Below, in pieces: positions 50,931-64,000 of a stretch of 64,000 nt of DNA. Position 1 is the stretch's first letter. Every line of letters begins with the position of its first letter. The position numbers and the translations under genes were made by a program. This stretch comes from Ophelia neglecta (lineage: Eukaryota): positions 26,536,001 to 26,600,000 of the forward strand of contig OZ260662.1 of NCBI GenBank assembly GCA_965285935.1, written 5' to 3'. The notes beneath the pieces are model-generated. The model ran no database searches. It was not told the origin of the DNA and worked only from the letters and a program-made list of their open reading frames with translations.

Positions 50931-53900
50931 ATGGTATTTTTAGTAAGTAAACAAGGATAAGTCTTAATATTTTTACCCTTTATTATATCTTATACAAATT
51001 TGACATGGATATAGCTGTTTTTTTTTTATTTATTTTTTTTTTTGCAGTCAAAACTAGCAAGCGTTTCAAGTCTAAGCAAAATTAGTTTACCATTTTCAAT
51101 GCAAGATCGAAAGAAAGTAAAACATATTTAGGCAATCGGTAGCGTACAATGCAATGTGTGATAATTTTCAACATGCTCTATCAATTAGGTTTTACAAATC
51201 TCAAAGGTTCTACTCGCCGCGAGATTCAGTTAATGGAGCCTATTGTCATAATAATTGCCCCTTGCATGCCTGTCATATGATGGAATTCCGGGATTTTCCG
51301 TCAAGACCAGCTCCACTTTTCGATGTGGGGGCTCATAGTGCTCCTCATCCTTTAGTATTCTTCATACTTAATGTTGTCGTACGAATAAAACATACATGCA
51401 CATGTGGCTCCTGGAAAGCATATTGAATAACAACCAGGGGTGCATGTCCAGCTGTGCACCAATGTACTTCTAGTCAATGGTTCCTTTGGCTTCGAGGCTC
51501 GGTCCTGGCCAGGAGATTTATGCATAGAACACGGTTGTATGCTGTCCGAAGTTGCTCATAATGCCCTTGTACATTGGCTAGTCTCAGCTGAGCCTCCACC
51601 CCCTTAAGTGATATGATACAGCAATCCATAGGGGCAAGCCTGAGGACAATGTTTTTCGGGCGATGGTCTGTGGCCGTAAGTTCCAGCACCAGATTGAAGG
51701 ATCGAGAAAAATAGCTAAATCTGTCTTTGTCGATTCTGATGGCTGGGTTAAAATAGGCATGAGGGTGCCATGCTCAGGAAGTGATAGATTGGCTTGGAAC
51801 ATGTGATTGCATAGCTATGACAGTCTGCTCATGCTTTTTTTCTGCTGAAGGGTTTGAGTTGAAACGAATCTCATTTCCCGTAAGATTGTGCAATTCAACA
51901 CTGACATCATCCCGATGCCACTATACTATCAACCGCAGTTAGATTTGACAATCTTGCAGTATTCACTGTACCGTTTTCGGTGGTGATACGTACATTAGGA
52001 AATAGACTTTGCTACAGCTGTGCCATAATTTTGCATTTGGATCTCACTCATATTTCACGCAGTCTGACATACAACGCATACAACCATTTGAACATTTTAT
52101 TACTCGTTTTCTTGCAGAAAGTTTTCCACGGGCCGTGATTTACAAAATTCGCCATTAACCATGGCCTGCTGGGCCTTTTCATTACTTTCTGCTTTCAGAT
52201 AACTTTCAAATGACAACACCATCGATTTGGAAATAGGCCCCTGTTAAAAATGTAACCTTATTGATTTAAAACAACACGTCCTTTAAAGGTACCAGGTGGA
52301 AGTCATAACTCGTTGGGTTTGTGACCAAATATGATAATATATATATATATATATACAATATAAATTTTTTTTAATTTTAAGCCTCCATTGATGTGTGTAT
52401 GTTGAGTTATTGTGTGTATTATATGTATGATTACAGGCCCGATCTTTCCGTCATATCAGACCATATGTGATTGTTGTTGTGTAGATCCGCATCATGTATG
52501 CCCATTTGTTTCATAGATTTGTATTGGTCCAAAACAGGACACTGGACAGGATACCTTCTCTGACATGATCTCAAGCAAATGTCTGTGTCTCGCCTGTCTC
52601 TAATGACTAACTACTAATCCGGTTAGATTTTAGTCTTTTAGTATTGTGTGCGCACATAACCAAGACATATTGCATAAGCTTGTATCAATGGCCTTGATTT
52701 TTTATTCGATCCAACCAGTTTCATTTTATGTGTTATCCACCATGTTAACATAGAGAATAAAGTGTGAGGCAAACTACAACCACCCACAAGAAACAGTGCC
52801 GAGTTATTATTACAATCGTCAATAGAGCGAGTATTATACTTTGGTTAAACATTTGCTTCATTTTTTACTTAGCCAACGTTTGCTACTCAATATGCCGCCG
52901 TTAAGGAGGGATGAAGTGCCATGACCCATTTGGCCGCCTGTCATATAAAATTGGACCTTCCCCTCATTTGTGGCCACAGGTTGACTACCCCATGCAATCC
53001 CACAAGCTTATTCAGATCATTTGTCCCGTAATGGTACAAAGTGGTTTCTATAAAACCCTGAGCCCGGTTAACCATTGGACGTTAATCACCAGTCTCCCCA
53101 TTTACTTATTATAGCAATCCTCTTCAGCTATTATGCTTAGCCAGTAATGAAATTGGGGTTTACTATGTGTCAGAATGGGATATATGTCAACGACCCTGAA
53201 TGGCCAGCAATCACAATGAAGATCAGTGGACGATGCTATACAGACGACCACTGTCATTATGACAGGAGTAAAACCAATTCGGTTTATTCTTGTGGATGTT
53301 CAGAGCAGTATTCAGTGTTATTGATTAGTATTGAATGAACTTCACAGTACTGTAGAACGTAATTGAGGTGCTTCAATAGAATCAGGAGGGAAATCGTAAC
53401 TGTCCTTGTCTTGATCCCTTCTGGCCAATTTCGTGATATGATCCTAGATATTCATATTACTGCACAATGGTTGCGTTGTCAACGATGATTCATACATGGG
53501 GACAAATGATATCATAAGGCATCATAGTGTGTTATAAACGTTTAGTCGTCTTTTTAAAGTAATATTGGGATAATGCAGATAAAAAGAGAAAAACTGGTTT
53601 TTGTTTTTGTTTTTTGTTCAACATGTATGTACAAAGGATGATACAATGGTTTGGAAGAGCTATTCGGACACTTAGTGCCGATGGGGGTAGGGTAATATAG
53701 TACACTTTCCCAATTGCCAGCAGAAAGTAATTCTAATCACATTTTGCTGACTTGTGTATTCTATATCATGCTAGGTATTGTACATTTCGACAGTCAGTCG
53801 TGCTATCAAATGAAGTAATTTCGAAAATGCAAAAGAAACAATATGAATAATAAACATATGATTACCTGCCATATGATTTCACATAACATCCAATTGAGCA

Positions 53901-56103
53901 TTACATTTTATTCAATCTATTCGCCAAACCCCCCCCCCCCCTCCATTCCCACGCTTCAGAGAGACAAGCACACATCCTGGTTATCAGCCGCGACTAATTA
54001 AATGATATCTTATTCTATTTGATTTCATTCATGAATCACTGCAAACGTTTGTAATTTTTGTAATTAAATCAAATTTTATATGGAGTGAGTGTATTACACG
54101 ACTTAGGATTTCTGATGTAATTTGTCTAAGTCGATGGAACATTCTCTATTGCTGATGCTTCTTTGTCTGCTAGGTATTCCCTTATCTTTTTCTTAAACAA
54201 ATTGATGTTATATTACCTCAGCGGTTTCAAGCTATACTGCTCTATATCATAATATTAAAACTTAGCTTGTTGAGATAACAATGACATATTATTCGAGGAG
54301 TTCGTCATGGATATGAGAAAACCAAACTATGTTGAGTCTACATTAATCTCCTATTCACAAATACCGAATGGGTATTCATATAGCCCCAGAAACAAGCAGT
54401 ACATTAATATTTGATAAAAAACATTAAAATCTTTCTCCCTTGAAACAAAGATGCCTCTCAGTAGGATGGTTAACCAGTATCAGATTCTACCCTCCATTAC
54501 CTGAATAATAAAACGGGGTTGGGCTTGAACGATGTGTTTGTTCTTGTTATATGTTTTTTTCTATAACAATATGTATTCCCTCTATATGGCAACCATTAAA
54601 TATCTTTCATATCCATAATCATGCAGCTGGCATGTTGTTAAAAACTCGTTACTGTGAGCTTCGAGGAAAAAGGAGAAGGGTATAAAAAGTTCATGTCCAG
54701 TTACAGGTTATTTGAAAATAACGAATTATGTGGCGAAGTAGAGTGACTCCAATACCTGAACTCTTTGGCACTGATTTGGTTTACGTATGTCCGCTAGGCC
54801 TTAATAACATAGGGGAATCGTAAATTGTTAAATGAAACAAACATTTTCTGTTACTGTTAAGACAAAAGATGGTGAATTAAGACTTTCATCGTGCATAGTT
54901 GTCTTCTAAATTTTAACCTAGCATTGGCCAGGCATTAAAATAAATCTCCTATCCGCGAAAAGCCAACGTCATGCATTCTTAAATTCACACCCTAGCTATG
55001 TTCTCTCGTGTTTGCCCAAGTAGTGAACTGGTTATGTAGCCTTGTTCGAGCGAGATGGAGCATATAAAGAGCATCTGCGACTGATAAATATTGCATGAAA
55101 ACAACTCTGACTTAAGTGATTAAGCTAATGACGAACATTTCCAGCCGTCAACTCCAAAAAGCATCCTTGTTTAGAGTTAATAAACATGACAGAGTGATAA
55201 CTCCGGATATTTGAAAGCACATATTGTAATTAAGTGCACAGAGATACCAGGTGTTGTAGCATCCCGGTATTAGAAGAGGGGAGGAATTTAAGCACAACAA
55301 CATCACGCCACTTTGTGCTGCCATATGATTATGCAGAAAGAAAGTACCTTACGTCATTTTCTCAGATATTTGTTTTTGTTCTTAAAGGTGACAAGTCAAC
55401 CGGGCAGACAAACCAAGATCAGGCATTAACAATAAGTCATTAACGGTTCCATTTGTTGTCTACATTTCACTAATATACCAGCGGCACCCAGGTATCCAAC
55501 AGTTTGCGTGGCCACAATATTGAATATCGCATCTAACCGATTGCAATTCGAACCTCTTGCGGTCGAATTTGAAAGACATGCCTCATAACGTAGCAAAAGA
55601 TAGGCCTTCTCATTCACATATAAATATCGTGTTGTTAAAGCCCTCAATATGAATATGATGATGACCTTTTCTCTATAACATATATTGCACCAGTGAATGA
55701 TTCTGGCAAACAAGTGTTTGTTAAACCTAGGTCGGTAACAAAAGTCTTTAGAAGCATTAAACATAAGTGAACTGCGCGCAGCATTTAGGCATGTGTATAG
55801 GCTGAAGACTATTTCGGTATTTATGCTGTGGGTTTTTGCAATGCATGCTGGTTTATGCTTAAGCTTGTGATATCATCCAGGCTGTTTCGTCCACCAATCG
55901 TACTGGCTGTTTTAAGAGTACTATCAAAAGTGGTCATCTAACAGCATGATTTTTTTTGCAATTTACAATATGGATGGAATAATTGATATCATATATCATT
56001 GCCACTTTGGTGTAATGGTATATATATTGCAAGTGAACTTGTTTATGAAAAACCGTTTCCATTTGTTTTTAATGCAATGACTAGTTAATTACCTGTGTTC
56101 CTG

Positions 56104-56559
56104 GGAACACAGGTAAACACAGTTTTACATATCAAGGTGCTAGATTCTGGAATGCTCTGCCTAGTCATATTAAAGGTTCTGAGAGTATCGAGGTGTTTAA
56201 ATCCAAATGTAAGGCTCATGCTCTAGAATGTATTGTTTAGTGTTTTTAGTGGGTTTTTTAATTGTGGTAGGATTTGTATGTGATGTGTTGGCTCTATTGT
56301 AATGAGTAACCATGTGATAACCTAGGCTGTGCCCCACATTAAGGACCACCATGGAAATAAGTCATTTAATTTGACTTTCTGGTGCTATCCTTTTCACAGT
56401 TTTGTACATTTCTTTTTCACATAGGTCTTTTGTGCTTGGTGCTGATATAGTTATGTGCAATATGTTCTTGTCCAACCTGTGCCATAATATATTGATTGTC
56501 CATATATTGATTAGCATTTTTATGTATTGTGTACTTTTTACAGTGAATAAATAAAAAAA
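56104..56559 (+). mobile_element. 3' end of a CR1/L2-group LINE (last ORF2 codons, 3'UTR, AATAAA/A tail)
   Basis: GKHSFTYQGARFWNALPSHIKGSESIEVFKSKCKAH matches the SF...G...WN.LP..IK......FK...K..L pattern. It is followed by a T-rich UTR with a stem-loop-like ggaccaccatggaaataagtc...gactttctggtgctatcc, and ends aataaataaaaaaa. Confidence 0.8.
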
Positions 56560-56792
56560 TGTACTCACCAGCAATAGTTTTCTGCTGAAGTACCTCGACT
56601 TTTCCTCTCGCTTAACAGTTTTATTCGTGATTTAAAAATCCCATGGCTCATAATTGTTAATGATGATTTGGTAAATTGGTTTATTGTTGGAAACAGAAAG
56701 TTACCAGGAAAGTAACACACTAAGTCGTGCAGCAAGATCATTCATTGAGGGTTTATAAAGGATTTAAGGTATGGTGTTGCAAATCTATATTT

Positions 56793-56828
56793 GATAATAC
56801 AATGGATAAGGATAATACAATGGATAAG
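56793..56828. repeat. Perfect 18-bp tandem duplication
   Basis: gataatacaatggataag twice. Confidence 0.9.
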
Positions 56829-57491
56829 GAGTTTCCCTCCATGGATAAGCTTTCTCTAAGGGCATTAAAGACTCATTTCCAAACCAAGTATAATTTGTTT
56901 CAAAATATGTTCAGTTCGTAAGGATACTTCCTCAATATACTGCACATAATGCTCAATGGGAAAATTAATTCGAATTAAGAATAGCATGTATAATTATCTT
57001 AGTATACCAACCCGACCGTTTCCTCTTGCTTAACAAAATAAGGCAAAACCAATAATACTAGAGAAGCATTTCTGTTTTGTGTTACCACTTAAACTGTATT
57101 AAATAAGGGTTACAATAGCAACATGAAATAAGGAAGCATTAATACTTCGAATTCAGGTTGGTAAGAACGCATGGTAGAGAAATACGCCTATTCCTCAATC
57201 GTTTTCTTGCCGTGTAAGCTTAGTCTGATAAAAGGGAGAAAGATATTGCGATTAATAATATGTATTCATTTTTGAATTTCGTTTTAGGCATCATTTGACA
57301 TTTATATTTTACTTGTTGGCTTTCGACTTTCATTTTTATTATTCCTAATTAAGCATTTAATATGTAGATCACTAGAATGTTTTAGGTAGCCGATGAATGT
57401 CCTAAAAAATAAATGCAATATGTTGTAAACAACGAGAAAAAGGTGTCAAGCTGCTTTTCTGATGATATATACATATATGTGTGTATGTGTT

Positions 57492-57572
57492 CTATATATA
57501 AGCTATATATATAAGTTACATATAAACTACATATAAGCTATGTATAAGCTATATATAAGCTACATATATATA
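57492..57572. repeat. AT-rich degenerate minisatellite (tatatataagc-like units)
   Basis: ctatatataagctatatatataagttacatataaactacatataagctatgtataagctatatataagctacatatatata. Confidence 0.8.
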
Positions 57573-58896
57573 CTAGAATAAAATTGCTGGTAGTATCTAA
57601 TTTAATAACGTTTCACTTTTCTAGAAATTGCTAACGTTTATGGACTATTCTTTATTAATAATTTGGCTTTTGTCTTTGTGGTATCCCTTCCTTTTTATCA
57701 ACTTATGAACGCACTATTGAGATGAAAATTTCTATCAGATAAAACAATTGCCTTCGTCAGATTTTGTGTTTGCCTTTTCATTACCATTTACATAGAGGCT
57801 GTCTATTCTCGTCTTATGTAGTATCATGTAATGAGATAAACTGGGTCCTATACAACCATGTGCGCTGTTTAAAAATGGGAGCAAATTAGCAAGGCTGTGA
57901 TTTAACAAGCTTCGCAAGTTGAGTCTACTCAGTAATCACATTGGGATTCTCGACCTTTCCAAACAGGGATTTCGTATTCAGTTAAGAACCTGATAATGCA
58001 AGTAAAAAACGTCGGTTTCATCATACAGGAAATTCAGAGGACACCCTACCATGTATATTATTCATGCCTTACAAACATGGAATAGTAAGCACTACAGCCA
58101 GCAGCTTAGTGGGCGCTGTGATTGTTTTGCCCATTCAAAACACCATCCTTGTGTCAACTGGCTTCATTAATAGACCAAAAAAGAAAATGTTCTAATGATA
58201 CCCTAAGTATGATTATTGTCACCAACGCATTTACTTGGAGTGGACGCAATAATAATAGTCAACGCCGGACTCTCAACCAACCAGTAAATTAGGCCGAACT
58301 AGGTTTGATCATGGATTTGCTCTACAAGGAAAAATAATAGAAACATAACTTAAGTAAACCATGCCACTTTAGGTTGGAAATGTTGAAAACATTTAGTTTT
58401 GCAAATGCACACTATTGTCAGTCCACACCTGTTACGTTCAGGTATATGCTACTTGGTGAGCTACAGCACTGAAACAGTTTAGATTCAAAACAATCATTAT
58501 AGCACCTTGAAATGTTGCTTGGAAAGCAAGAGGTACCGAGTGCTTTACCTCACAGCAAAATTAATTCATTTGTGGCTAATAGCTCTATTACATGGTATTG
58601 ATAAAGTGAAATAAGTAATTAACAACCATTACTTGCTTATAAATTTATATTAATCTGGAATCGTGTGGAGTTCTAACCACACAAGCTAAACCTCTTTGTT
58701 GATAATCTGCGATTTGCGACACTGTGCAAGGTGTTTGTGTCGAATGAACCTTCGAATCTTCTGTTTTGTATTATCGAGGAGATACAAAACCATTTCTTTT
58801 CCAGAAGGGCCTTTTACGTCCTTCATAAGATATGTCTTGTGTGGTCAGTTTCATCACATGAATCTCGCCCTTATAAGAGAGCCTAGCCCATCGTAG

Positions 58897-58945
58897 AATC
58901 TTCCAGTGGATATCATGTTCTTCCTACGCTATTTAACAGTTCTGC
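58897..58945. repeat. Direct repeat, copy 1 (39 bp identical to 60404-60442)
   Basis: aatcttccagtggatatcatgttcttcctacgctattta, then acagttctgc vs ccgattctgc in copy 2. Confidence 0.9.
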
Positions 58946-60403
58946 ATTCTGGCCTGACTCACATTATGGAAAACTGTTAACTTATCACGTCATATCATAT
59001 TTTTCTACTTCTTGGCATTGTTATATTAAATTTTGGCGGCGAAACTTGATATAACATTGTTTGGGCCTGCAGCTTCAGGCTCCTGATGAAGGGAGACATG
59101 ATTAATAGCTAGTTCCTGGGTACAGGTTTGGGGTTGCTTTACTTTTGCCCTCGTCCATTGTAACGTAATGTGTATCATTAGTTCTATCATCGCCTCTTCA
59201 TAACGAGACTATTTTTTTGCTATTGAATGCTATTTTCCTTTTTGCTTTGCTTTTATACGCAGATTTATTGGAATCTAATTGTCCGTTTGTCAGGGCTCAT
59301 AATGAGCCTTATAGGAATCGCGGTGAATCCTTTGTATATCCAGAAAAAGTATGAAATAACGTCACAACCTAGGGGTCCCTCCCTGCTAATAAAACATTAA
59401 CACCATGTTTGAAACAAACGAAAGGTGTTTTACTCTGGCGTAGAAAAGAGTATGGCTTTAACATTTGGCTTTAGGGCAAAAACATTCCTAGACCTGTGTA
59501 CCCCATTGTATGCCGAGTTTAAATATGGCGTAACTAATAATACCTGAAGGATATTAATTGCCAGTGCATGTGTACTCGAACATGCCAGCTTATAAACCTA
59601 GCGCTTTGTATCCGTCAATATCTCTGGAAAATTATTACTCGTTAAACTCCGTAACAACATTTTTGTCAACGTTTAACCAGCTCGCTTAATCGGCATGTCC
59701 GAAGGCGCCATAAAACAGAATCCATCTCTACCATTAGTGTCAGCCATCGTGCATCCTCGGATTACAGCGCATGGAGCAAAACTACACTGTCTGATTTCAT
59801 ACATTGGATATTTAGTCATGTACAATGTAAGCCATACAAAATGAAATGGTTTTACTCTAATGATAATTCTAAAATAAAAAATCGAGTCGAAACTCAATCC
59901 ATTAATACACTATGTTATTTGTGCATGAAAATCTCTAGCGTGATGGAGGGATAAAAGACAAAGGGTCATGCGGGAGAAATAAACGACGCCTGGTATTTGG
60001 CCGACATGGTGTACTGCTGTAAAGATGGCTCGGGGATGTTATATTTTCATGACATAGCAAACGCTATATATAATATTATTATTCTTAAAGGAAATATAGC
60101 AAATATTGTGTCTCGCTTAGTCTGTATCATAAATATGGTATCTGTCCGTATTATATTTGACAGTGAGCCATAAAATAAATTTTGTAATAAATGTATTGAA
60201 AATGCGCTGCAACATGAAGTGGTAAGCTTAATGTTACTGGTTATCACACAACAACGATTGCTATTCTCATAATATTGTGGAGTCATCAAGATTCCTTCTC
60301 GTAGCTGAGATACAGCAAGTCATTTAGCGTTTTTGCCTGAGGTGCCATAGGGATATATAACACCCTAAACACCCATTTTTGTTGTTGCCAACTGTAGCTG
60401 CAC

Positions 60404-60452
60404 AATCTTCCAGTGGATATCATGTTCTTCCTACGCTATTTACCGATTCTGC
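60404..60452. repeat. Direct repeat, copy 2
   Basis: 39-bp identity with 58897-58935. Confidence 0.9.
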
Positions 60453-63400
60453 GAGCGATACTTTAATTATAAAGTGGCCACAATCTGCGCAATAAAAAAC
60501 GGAAATAGTTACCCTACAGATAACGAGAAAATATTAATCAGACTTACTATAATTATAAATAATACACAATTAAAGCTAAAACGTTGTACGTTGTTCAAAT
60601 GTTGAATAGCTCCCTTAGGTCCCGCAAGTTTACCATCATTTTTATTTCTTTCCATATAGTCCACTTAATGAAGGCAAATTATGCCCACTCAAATATGCTT
60701 ATAGGACTTCCTCCAGCCAAAAAACCAGAATAGTACATTTGAATGATTTCCAAATAATATAGTTGCTTCTTCGTCCTGTTGCAATTAATCGCTCGGTATT
60801 TTCACCATATCAGCGCACACAAATGAAGAACATAATACCGAATATAGCATGCTTAAAACCATGGTCCCGAAAAATGACTCTTATCCGTTTGCCAAGGAAA
60901 ATATATTTAAACCAAATGTAATAGATAATAAATAATATTTCGCTTAGGGTTTTTGTACTTTTCCGCCCATTAACGTTTGCAGGAATAAATAAGTGTTGGT
61001 ACCTAAATCACTGAATGGTTTTGTGCATGGAGAACGTGGGGTAGTAACCGCAAACAAGTCAACGTTATGTATTCCATCCGTTTATGTGTTAGTTAAGTTT
61101 GATTATAACGGGAATGCATTTTTTCTTCAACTCTTTGCTCAGAACCTTTTGCCCGGAAACAAATTTTGTGTCCGTTTATATTAAACCGTCATGTACAGGT
61201 CGCGAGAGTGGTAATTTAGTGGGTCGCTGTGTATTTTGATTTCAAAGCCAGGGCTTTGAAATAATATGTCAAGCACGTCTGGCGTCTTTTTATATAAAAC
61301 CTACAGCACCCGTCAGTTCCTCAAATGGACCTAGCAGATATATTACCCGTGTGATTTTATGCAATGTTTAATATACATTCCATATGCGGGGTGCCTATTT
61401 TCTGTACCACCCTCTCAAAATTTGCTTGAAGAGTGATATGTGATTCCGATTCCAGTGTATCTGATGAAAATAAGTTATTTCTATGTGTCACCGAATGACG
61501 CAGTTCAATTTGTGAATAACACAAAGACGAAGTTGAAGTGTCGTATTGGTTATATTGTTGATAACAAATAACAAAATAGTAAATTCACAAAGTGAGGGGA
61601 AAACCCACATATAATAGTGATATCAATACAAAACAAACTACATTGATATTAGGATGTGTCCCTGAACAATACTGGTTCAATTCTGGACCTAATACATATA
61701 CATATAAAATAACTGATATATAAACAACAGTAGTAGTTCTATAGTGGTCGGCGGTGGGGATGGAGGTGGAATGAAGTTTATACACCTACTTGTGGCGGTG
61801 GTCAGTGCTGGAAAGAGAGATCCCAGACAGTCTCTGGCTTGCCTGAGTGATTGTCACCTGACAAATTACATAATGTCCGGGACCATTACAGTGTGTTTCA
61901 TAAATTTGCACCTCAAGTAGGTATTACAAACTGCTTGCATTTAATACAGTACATAGTATACTATGAATACATAGATTTATAAATTAATGGTATCCATCTA
62001 TTATCTGTAAAATTGCTAACATAGTTAAAGAACAAGTTGTTTCCATACAAAAAAACAGAAATTGTTTTATTGTGCCAATAAATATTTTTAATCCGATGGG
62101 TATAAACGGCTGCTCTGCTATTCACTCCCCTAGTGGGTCTTGTAATGAATCGTTTTCCGAACAGTGTGTCGGAATAAAGCTAATCATATGTTCTATGCCG
62201 TTCATTTTACACTGAAATCATAGCTTTTTGATACGAATCGCTTCAAATGACTTTCCAGGCGTCATCGATGGTATAATGCAACAAATGTAAGGCTTAAATT
62301 GAACATGTCTTAAACCCTTTGTTGGTCATATTATGCCTTGGTTGTCGGCTTACAGAGGAATCTGTTGAAATTGCATAAAGGTGATAATTATTATTAACGG
62401 CTTAGTTCCATAAGCGGGAGGACTGGACATGAGGAAATGGGCTATGGCTTATCGTCAGTATTCTAGAAAAAAGTACTATCCCGTGGGTTCTTTTGTCGTC
62501 GAGGGGTCTGGCCTGCCTAATTTATCATGTGTCAGGATTTGGCTTGGTCCGGTAAATGCTGGACAATAATCGGTAGAAAGACAGCTCTCTCGCCCAGTCC
62601 GGAGGTGCATTGGCAAAGTGTTCCCCTTTTCCCCGACCTGATTTAACATACTTGTCTGAAGCCTACGTCTGTTTACAATGTATGTGGTATGCAAAAAGTA
62701 AAAGGAAACCATAATCAATAAAAGCCTTTTTTAAAGATGAAATTGTTGTGTTTTTTCGTTTCGGTACGCTACCAAAACCTGGTTTGTAGATAATTTGATT
62801 AAAAATCACTACAATACATGGAAAAGCTCTCTTTGTTTAAATTAATCAGTCTATCTTACAGCTCAGTGGCCTGCAAAATAAGCTTTGGTAAATTTGTGAA
62901 GAGTTTAGAACACCTTAGTACTCCAGACTTTCAATAATCATTGACAATATAAATGCCGTGGCAATCCGGAATGCAACAGAGGTCGGGCAGGCCGAATTCG
63001 GGCGTTACATCAGTCTAAATGTATTAAGAAAATACTCCATTCTTAGTTTCATCTCTACGAGCGAGTCGGTAACCTAATATGAATTACTTGTATATACCCA
63101 ATAATAGATTATCGCAATACTACAAATAAGTAGTTTTCAATAGTTTTTGCAGGATAGAAGTCAAACCACAATAAGTAGCAATTGGGTTAAACCTTGGCGT
63201 GGATACCCGGCAGGCAAAGCAAATTTAAACACATGAATATACCATTAAATTGGCCCGAAATCATCAGGATACTACTACCATTACCTCCTTACCCTCACGA
63301 CTAAGCCCTCAATGCTTGTTTCACAACAATGTACGTCAAGGAACAAAGTGCCATGATTATTTGGAGAAAAAAACAAATAGGAATTCGTTTTGCATACATA

Positions 63401-64000
63401 TATAAACAGATTGCGATCACATGTAAAAAAAAGACAGCTTAGGAATTTTTAAGTAGTCCTTTGTGGCGGAATAGACGGCCATGACTTTAAACAATAAACA
63501 GTCGGGTAAGAAAGTGAACCATGCTTATCAAAATGCGAAGTACTAACTTCAATTTGGCTAATGAATACTACTCTTTCACTATTTAGTCGATATATATCAC
63601 CAACTGCTTTATTTTTGTTTGGCAGGAGGTTGTAAAGGCGTTGGATTAAGTATATACTGATGTTTTCAAACGTTGCAGCATATCGGTAAGTTTTTTCCGT
63701 TGTTGTATATCCTTAAATACAAGACAGAAAAGAAAATTCATTTTTAAAAGAATAGTCCATTAATAAGGTCTAGAGTCATTAAAATACGGCACTGGCAGGC
63801 ACACAAAGTTCAACTCCCAGTTTCTTACTGTCAATTAAAGTCAAATTAAAGCCCAAACGTTATTGCATCTTGCATATTTCATGTGCTGCTCTCTTGTGTC
63901 AGGGCTTGCTTCCGACAGCTAGCTATATGTCATAAAATTGTCAATGTCAACTTACCCACCCTTGTACTATATTAACACATTACACAATACGTTTTAAAAA

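Noticed and set aside
1-64000. The many 60-135 aa ORFs outside TEs (e.g. 4511-4864, 10354-10761, 34298-34660, 36427-36762, 55426-55764) and the antisense or alternative-frame ORFs within 38.6-43.3 kb
   Set aside because: No recognisable domains and random-looking composition; many start at TTG/GTG, which is not meaningful here. Those inside the retrotransposon are shadows of the GC-richer coding region.

Overview
AT-rich eukaryotic genomic DNA, most likely from an invertebrate animal, with one assembly gap (10876-11022). I recognise no host protein-coding exon, tRNA, rRNA or CRISPR array. The main feature is a young 5,311-bp Ty3/Gypsy (Mag-like) LTR retrotransposon at 38354-43664. Its two 201-bp LTRs differ at one base and it has a 5-bp GAAAC target-site duplication. 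Its gag-PR-RT-RNaseH-IN frame is broken by one stop, one frameshift and a deletion in integrase. Four features of this element are unusual and can be read from the sequence: (i) the LTRs end TA...TA, not TG...CA, with symmetric CA/TG dinucleotides on the internal side; (ii) there is no tRNA primer-binding site, and the 11 nt after the 5' LTR are instead exactly complementary to a segment inside the LTR, the geometry of Tf1-type self-priming but in a non-chromovirus element; (iii) a good 3' splice-acceptor consensus sits 3 nt upstream of that putative self-primer; (iv) RT has CVDD instead of YxDD, and the polyprotein has extra Cys/His clusters. Together these suggest a tRNA-independent, possibly splicing-fed LTR lineage (inference). 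The rest of the window holds decayed TEs: a second Gypsy relic, two CR1/L2-type LINE 3' ends, a Penelope-like GIY-YIG relic, several MITE-like elements and small tandem or dispersed repeats.
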